Shown here piece by piece: positions 58,953 to 64,000 of a stretch of 64,000 bases of DNA. A program made the translations under genes and the position numbers. Positions within the stretch are counted from its first letter, which is position 1; every line of letters starts with the position of its first letter. The notes beneath the pieces were generated by a model. That model was not told the DNA's origin. It was given only the letters and a program-made list of their open reading frames with translations, and did no database searches. Source of the DNA: Candidatus Hydrogenedentota bacterium (GTDB lineage Bacteria > Hydrogenedentota > Hydrogenedentia > Hydrogenedentales > SLHB01); contig CAXXYE010000009.1 in assembly GCA_963674865.2 (NCBI GenBank), positions 1,696,001 through 1,760,000 of the forward strand, written 5' to 3'.

Positions 58953-60044
58953 CTAGTCCTGCTCCGACCCCTCGGCCGTCGCCTCTTGATACAACTTGCG
59001 CCCGTGCAAGAAGTGCAATATCTCCCACAGGATGATCAGCGCGGGCAGCCCGAACAGCAGACTCCGCCCCCACCACGTCTTCGAGAAGCCCGTGAAGTCC
59101 CGCCAGCGTCCAAGGGGCCACCAGATGCAGGATACGCGCCCTAGGATATGATCGTTCGGCACCCAGCCGAAGACGCGCCCATCCTTGCTCTTGTCGCTGT
59201 TGTCGCCCAGCAGGAGGTAGCAGTCCTCCGGCACATGGCTGAACGCCTCGTCCGGATGGACGCCGAAAAGATAAGGCTCCGTCATTTGCGTTTGGAAAAG
59301 CAGTGCCTGCCGGGCCATGCGGTAGAGGTAGGCTGGAAGATCCTTGACGACAGCCGCCCGCTCCTCATCCGTCAGTTCAGCCTCCGTCTTGCCGGCCAGG
59401 CGCTCCCGCACACGCTCGAGATATCTGCCGAAGGACTGTACATCCTCGTGTTCCGGATTCAGGAGGCCGGGCACAAGGTGATGCCGCGCCAGTTCGATGA
59501 TGAACGAGTAGACCTCGGCCCGCGTGTAGTTTGGCCCCGTCGTGTAGTGAAGAACATCCCGCAAGTCCTCGGGCGGCTCGACGAGTTCGTCATTGATGTA
59601 GACCTTGCCCTCCGAGAGATGTACCTTCTCGCCGCCCAAGGCCACCACCCGCTTTACCAGGATCTTCCGCGGCTGATCCGGCTCCACCGAGCGAAACACG
59701 ACAATATCCCAACGCTTCGGCTCTGCCAAACGGAATAGCCGCTTGTTCATGAAGGGCACGCGTGGGCCGTAGATCCACTTATTCACCCAGACCCTGTCGC
59801 CCCTGAAAAAGCGCATGTCCCCGTGTAGCGTCGGCTCCATCGATCCCGTGGGAATCGAGAACTGCTGAAATCCCAGCCACGAGAACACCAGGAAAGCCGC
59901 GATCAGCTTCAACCATGCGAACAGACTTGCTTGCGTCCACGGCCCCGTGACGAATTGAATCACGCCCACGATTGCCGCCGCATCACGCCTTGGCGCTGTG
60001 CGCTTGCCGGTTTGCTCGGACGTTCTCTTGCGACCTTGGCCCAC
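58953..60044 (-). CDS. lepB: signal peptidase I with an internal insertion
   Basis: PTGSMEPTL, VKRVVA, GDNSDKSKDGR. Confidence 0.9.
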   Translation of the reverse strand: MGQGRKRTSEQTGKRTAPRRDAAAIVGVIQFVTGPWTQASLFAWLKLIAAFLVFSWLGFQQFSIPTGSMEPTLHGDMRFFRGDRVWVNKWIYGPRVPFMNKRLFRLAEPKRWDIVVFRSVEPDQPRKILVKRVVALGGEKVHLSEGKVYINDELVEPPEDLRDVLHYTTGPNYTRAEVYSFIIELARHHLVPGLLNPEHEDVQSFGRYLERVRERLAGKTEAELTDEERAAVVKDLPAYLYRMARQALLFQTQMTEPYLFGVHPDEAFSHVPEDCYLLLGDNSDKSKDGRVFGWVPNDHILGRVSCIWWPLGRWRDFTGFSKTWWGRSLLFGLPALIILWEILHFLHGRKLYQEATAEGSEQD

Positions 60045-60045
60045 G

Positions 60046-61863
60046 TCAGCGATCCGCGTCCTCGTTCACGCGCAACAGTGCCATGAACGCCTCCTGGGGC
60101 ACTTCAACCTGGCCCACCTGTTTCATCCGACGCTTGCCCTCTTTCTGCCGCTCGAGAAGCTTGCGCTTACGGGTGATATCCCCGCCGTAACACTTCGCCG
60201 TCACGTTTTTCCGCAGCGCGCTAATCGTTTCCCGCACGATAATCTTGTTGCCAATCGCGGCCTGAATGGCCACCTCGAACTGCTGCCGCGGGATGAGCGT
60301 CCGCAGCTTGCTCGCCAGCGTACGCCCCACCCAGACGGCCCGATCGCGGTGTACCACCGACGACAGGGCGTCAACCGGCTCGCCGTTCAGCAGTATATCC
60401 AAACGGACCAAGTCACCCGGACGATAGCCGATCAGGCGGTACTCGAGCGACCCGTACCCCCGCGTTATCGTTTTCAGTTTGTCGTAGAAATCAAGCACGA
60501 TCTCCGCCAACGGCATCTGGTATACCGCCATGCAACGCCGCGCATCGATGTAGTCCACCCGCACGTGGACACCGCGCCTCTTCTTGCACAGCTCGATCAC
60601 CGGGCTCAAGGACTCCGTGGGACACATGATGTCCGCTTCGATGTACGGCTCCTCGACGCGCTCGATCTCGCCCGCGTCCGGCATCTTCGCCGCGTTCTCG
60701 ATGTTCAGCCACTCTTCGTTCGTCTTCAGTACGCGGTATGCCACGTTCGGCACCGTCGTCACGAGCGTCAGGTTGAACTCCCGCTCCAGCCGCTCCTGGA
60801 TGATCTCCATATGGAGCAATCCGAGAAACCCCAAGCGGAAACCCAGCCCAAGCGCCTCGGAGCTATCCGCCTGGAACTGAAACGACGCGTCATTCAACTG
60901 AAGTCGTTCGAGGGCGTCCCGGAGTTCCTGGTAATCATTCGCCGCCGCGGGATACAAGCCGCAGAACACCACCGGCTGCACTTCCCGGTAGCCCGGAAGC
61001 GGCTCCGCGGCCCGGTGCTGTGCATCCGTCACTGTATCGCCGATCCGCGTGTTCTCGAGCGTCTTGATATTGCAGATGATGTAGCCCACCTCACCCGCTT
61101 CCAGGCTCTGCGTCGCCGTGATCGCCGGCCGGAACACGCCCACCTCCGCCACCTCGTGCTTGTCCCCTGTGGACATCATCTCCACGCGCATCCCCGGCGC
61201 AATACGCCCCTCGACGACGCGGACGTACACGATCACCCCCCGGTATGAGTTGTAGATCGCGTCAAAAACCAGCGCCCGGAGCGGCGCTTCCCGATCCCCT
61301 TTAGGCGCGGGAATTCGATGAACAATCGCCTCGAGAATCTCGTGCGTGCCCGAACCCCGCTTCGCGCTCGTCAGGATCGCCTGCTCCGCGTCCAGCCCGA
61401 CCACGTCCTCGATCTGATGACGCGCCGAATCGATATCCGCGCTCGGTAAGTCGATCTTGTTGATCACCGGAATGATCTCGAGGTCCTGCTCAATGGCCTT
61501 ATAGGCATTGGCCAATGTCTGCGCCTCGACGCCCTGCGCCGCGTCCACGAGCAACAGCGCGCCCTCGCAGGCCGCAAGGCTCCGCGAGACCTCATAGCCG
61601 AAGTCCACGTGGCCCGGCGTGTCGATCAAGTTCAACTCGTAATCCTTGCCGTCATCCGCGCGGTAGCCTAGCCGCACCGCAACCGACTTGATCGTGATGC
61701 CCCGCTCACGCTCGATATCCATCGTATCGAGCGTCTGCTCCTTGAGGCTCCGCGCATCCACGGCGCCCGTCACCTCGAGAATGCGATCCGCCAAGGTCGA
61801 TTTCCCGTGGTCGATATGCGCAATGATGCAGAAGTTTCGTATCTGTTCTATCGGCGGTGCCAT
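60046..61863 (-). CDS. lepA: elongation factor 4
   Basis: [37 protein letters not shown]. Confidence 0.97.
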   Translation of the reverse strand: MAPPIEQIRNFCIIAHIDHGKSTLADRILEVTGAVDARSLKEQTLDTMDIERERGITIKSVAVRLGYRADDGKDYELNLIDTPGHVDFGYEVSRSLAACEGALLLVDAAQGVEAQTLANAYKAIEQDLEIIPVINKIDLPSADIDSARHQIEDVVGLDAEQAILTSAKRGSGTHEILEAIVHRIPAPKGDREAPLRALVFDAIYNSYRGVIVYVRVVEGRIAPGMRVEMMSTGDKHEVAEVGVFRPAITATQSLEAGEVGYIICNIKTLENTRIGDTVTDAQHRAAEPLPGYREVQPVVFCGLYPAAANDYQELRDALERLQLNDASFQFQADSSEALGLGFRLGFLGLLHMEIIQERLEREFNLTLVTTVPNVAYRVLKTNEEWLNIENAAKMPDAGEIERVEEPYIEADIMCPTESLSPVIELCKKRRGVHVRVDYIDARRCMAVYQMPLAEIVLDFYDKLKTITRGYGSLEYRLIGYRPGDLVRLDILLNGEPVDALSSVVHRDRAVWVGRTLASKLRTLIPRQQFEVAIQAAIGNKIIVRETISALRKNVTAKCYGGDITRKRKLLERQKEGKRRMKQVGQVEVPQEAFMALLRVNEDADR

Positions 61864-61880
61864 CTCAGTCCAACTACAAG

Positions 61881-62618
61881 TTATTCGCTTCGGCCGATCA
61901 TCTGATCGATCACCCGCACGCTCCGAAAATCTGTTTCCAACTGCCGAATGCCGTAACGCCACAACACGCGGAAAATCTCTTCGCTTCCCGCCGTGTCCGG
62001 ACACCGCGCCCCCGACTCCGCCATCGCGCGGAGCGAAGCATAGCCCGCAGGCGAAAGACGTCTGTCCGACGGGCACGCCCGGCACGTCACTCCGCCGCGC
62101 CAAGCGAAGCCCGGTGTCTCATCCACCGGCCGGCCGCAATCGATGCAATGCCCGAGTTCCGGCGCGAATCCCGCGGCCGTCAGTAGCCGTAGCGCCTGCC
62201 AGCACATGTGCCCCTTGGCGTCGCCCGGCCAGCCGTCGAGGCCCTCAAGTCCCAACACCAGTGCCGCATACAGCGCCTCCGAAGGCTCATTCTCGCGGGC
62301 CGTCTTGTAGGCCAGTTCCAGCGGAAACGCCGCATACGTCGCCTTGGCGAAATCCCGCTTGACGCCCGGATACGAGTCGATGAGCGTCACCTCGCCGAGC
62401 TGCTGCACGGTGCGGCCATCCTTCCAATAACACACCAACTCGACACGGTTCAGCGTGTCCAGAAGCGGCCCGGTTGGACTATTGCGCCGCCGCGCCCCTT
62501 TCACCAGACAGGCCAGCCGACCGCGGTTTGGACTCAGGAACGTTACGATTCGGCTCGTCTCGCTGAAATCCACGCTGCGGAGAACGACACCTTCTGTCTT
62601 CTCCTGCGGCACAAGCAC
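61881..62618 (-). CDS. recO: DNA repair protein RecO
   Basis: [22 protein letters not shown], CxxC...CxxC zinc finger. Confidence 0.92.
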   Translation of the reverse strand: MLVPQEKTEGVVLRSVDFSETSRIVTFLSPNRGRLACLVKGARRRNSPTGPLLDTLNRVELVCYWKDGRTVQQLGEVTLIDSYPGVKRDFAKATYAAFPLELAYKTARENEPSEALYAALVLGLEGLDGWPGDAKGHMCWQALRLLTAAGFAPELGHCIDCGRPVDETPGFAWRGGVTCRACPSDRRLSPAGYASLRAMAESGARCPDTAGSEEIFRVLWRYGIRQLETDFRSVRVIDQMIGRSE

Positions 62619-62903
62619 CTCCCACGTCAGACCAGAGGAAGCTGGCGAAATGCGCGGCGTAAGAACACGCTAGCGGCCAAGGCGGGAACCGACTCCATAC
62701 GGATCATAGCACCCCGCGAAATCCCACGCAAGAAATGGCCTGTGTAAGCGCTTCCATGCGTGTCCCAAAATGCCGCGAAATCGGCACCTTTGGCAGCCTT
62801 TGGGACGGCCCACGCGCCACCGACGCCCGCAGTCTACATAGGCCGTAGCGAAATTGACACGTTCAGTCCGCGTACGCTATGATCACCGGACACTTGCTCC
62901 CGT

Positions 62904-62990
62904 GCCGGAGTGGTGAAATCGGCAGACACGCATGGTTCAGGACCATGTGGGGGAAACCCCGTGGAGGTTCAAGTCCTCTCTCCGGCACCA
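62904..62990 (+). tRNA. tRNA-Leu(CAG)
   Basis: GCCGGAG/CTCCGGC acceptor stem, CATGG-TTCAGGA-CCATG anticodon arm, long variable arm, GGTTCAA, encoded CCA; TTGACA...TATGAT upstream. Confidence 0.97.
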
Positions 62991-63007
62991 TCTTTATCGA
63001 TGCCGTC

Positions 63008-63035
63008 ACGGGCCGCTTCAGCGGCCCGTTTCTTA
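63008..63035 (+). terminator. terminator after the tRNA
   Basis: ACGGGCCGC-TTCA-GCGGCCCGT followed by TTCTT. Confidence 0.75.
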
Positions 63036-63100
63036 TTGGGGCCAGCAACTTTATCCTGCATCAAGATCGTAAACTGTCTTCGCCTGCTCCGGCGCTCGAT

Positions 63101-63620
63101 ACGCATTTGGAGTTCAAGCTTTAGGGCGTGTCGATTTAGCTCAACTTGAAGACGCGCCGACTTGGCAACGCCCCACCAACAAGGAAACGCCTGATCCTCA
63201 CAAGCCACCCTGCAAGGGCGGAAAACACCAGCCCAGCCTATTGCCCGAGACGTGTTTGGAGTTCAAGCTTTAGCTTGAAGAGGCGCTGGCCTCGTACAAC
63301 GCAGTACCACGGAATCACCCAACACTGGCAGCCCGGCCGCCCTGAAAGGGCGTGACAAGACACCCAGATCCCACGCATACCCCCCTTGCACACGAAACGT
63401 GTCCCGCGCACATCCGCCCGGACTGCCGCCCGAGACGTGTTTGGAGTTCAAGCTTTAGCTTCAGGACACACAGCCTTGGTGCGATGCTTCGCAAAGGGGA
63501 TGCCCAACACTGGCAGCCCGGCCGCCCTGAAAGGGCGTGACATACCAGCCCGGCGCAACGCGCCGGGACATCGGTTTCCTCCCCCATCATGAGCCCTGTA
63601 AGGGCGTGACAAGATACCGG
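63101..63620. repeat. mosaic REP cluster with a ~185-bp tandem duplication
   Basis: TTTGGAGTTCAAGCTTTAG three times (63106, 63255, 63440); CCCAACACTGGCAGCCCGGCCGCCCTGAAAGGGCGTGACA twice. Confidence 0.8.
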
Positions 63621-63646
63621 CCATGGCGCCTATCCCCGGCCCGCCC

Positions 63647-64000
63647 CTACTCCAATTCGTATTTCTTGATCTTGTACTGCAACGTCGTGCGTTTGATGCC
63701 GAGATGCTCCGCCGCTTTCGTCTTGTTCCACCGGAACCGCTCCAGGGCCTCACGAATAATCTGACTCTCGAGCTGCTCCGTGCTCTCCGCCAGCGAACCG
63801 GACGTACTCTTAACCGGCTCCGACGGCGTCGCCGTCTGCTCGAACAGCATCTCCTGCGGGACTTCCTCCCGCGTCACGACCTCTCCCTCGGCCAGCACCA
63901 CGGCCCGCTCCAGCACATTCTCCAATTCACGCACGTTCCCCGGCCACGGATAGTGCATGAAAAGGTGCATGACCTCATCGTTGATCGCGGTAACTTTCTT
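63647..64000 (-). CDS. sigma54-dependent Fis-family activator, C-terminal part (5' end outside window)
   Basis: YPWPGNVRELEN and HTH NKTKAAEHLGIKRTTL. Confidence 0.93.
   Translation of the reverse strand, partial: KKVTAINDEVMHLFMHYPWPGNVRELENVLERAVVLAEGEVVTREEVPQEMLFEQTATPSEPVKSTSGSLAESTEQLESQIIREALERFRWNKTKAAEHLGIKRTTLQYKIKKYELE

Noticed and set aside
62904..63100. Integrated element at tRNA-Leu
   Set aside because: No integrase and no duplicated tRNA 3' end seen in the window
63101..63620. CRISPR array
   Set aside because: Repeat spacing is 149 and 185 bp, the intervening sequences are themselves duplicated, and no cas genes are present; REP mosaic fits better

Overview
GC-rich bacterial chromosomal window. 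The H-X9-DG/DUF1559 protein, alginate-export-type porin and ThuA/HEAT protein style suggest Candidatus Hydrogenedentota (inference). Most of it is housekeeping and carbohydrate metabolism: aconitase end, glgC, a rimK cluster, waaF, thyX-nrdJ, nupC-thiD, bioY, three Hsp20 genes, recO-lepA-lepB-lepB-hemW and tRNA-Leu(CAG). Mobile DNA includes an intact IS1202-family element with a 17-bp target duplication, an IS1182-like remnant, a REP-flanked Y1 transposase, a 5' fragment of a group IIC intron and two MITE families. The strongest new signals are (1) an unannotated ~183-nt multi-branched RNA gene (14488-14670) with its own sigma70 promoter whose spacer is an NrdR-box-like palindrome, two identical ACCGCAGCCCA loop motifs and a terminator, and (2) a MITE adding 123 bp (41 codons), present in four copies, one inserted in frame in the signal peptide of a large secreted protein. 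Also notable are a frameshifted, motif-substituted proS, a TIR plus broken Abi-alpha islet, a REP-targeting MITE and a two-domain signal peptidase whose second domain looks catalytically dead.
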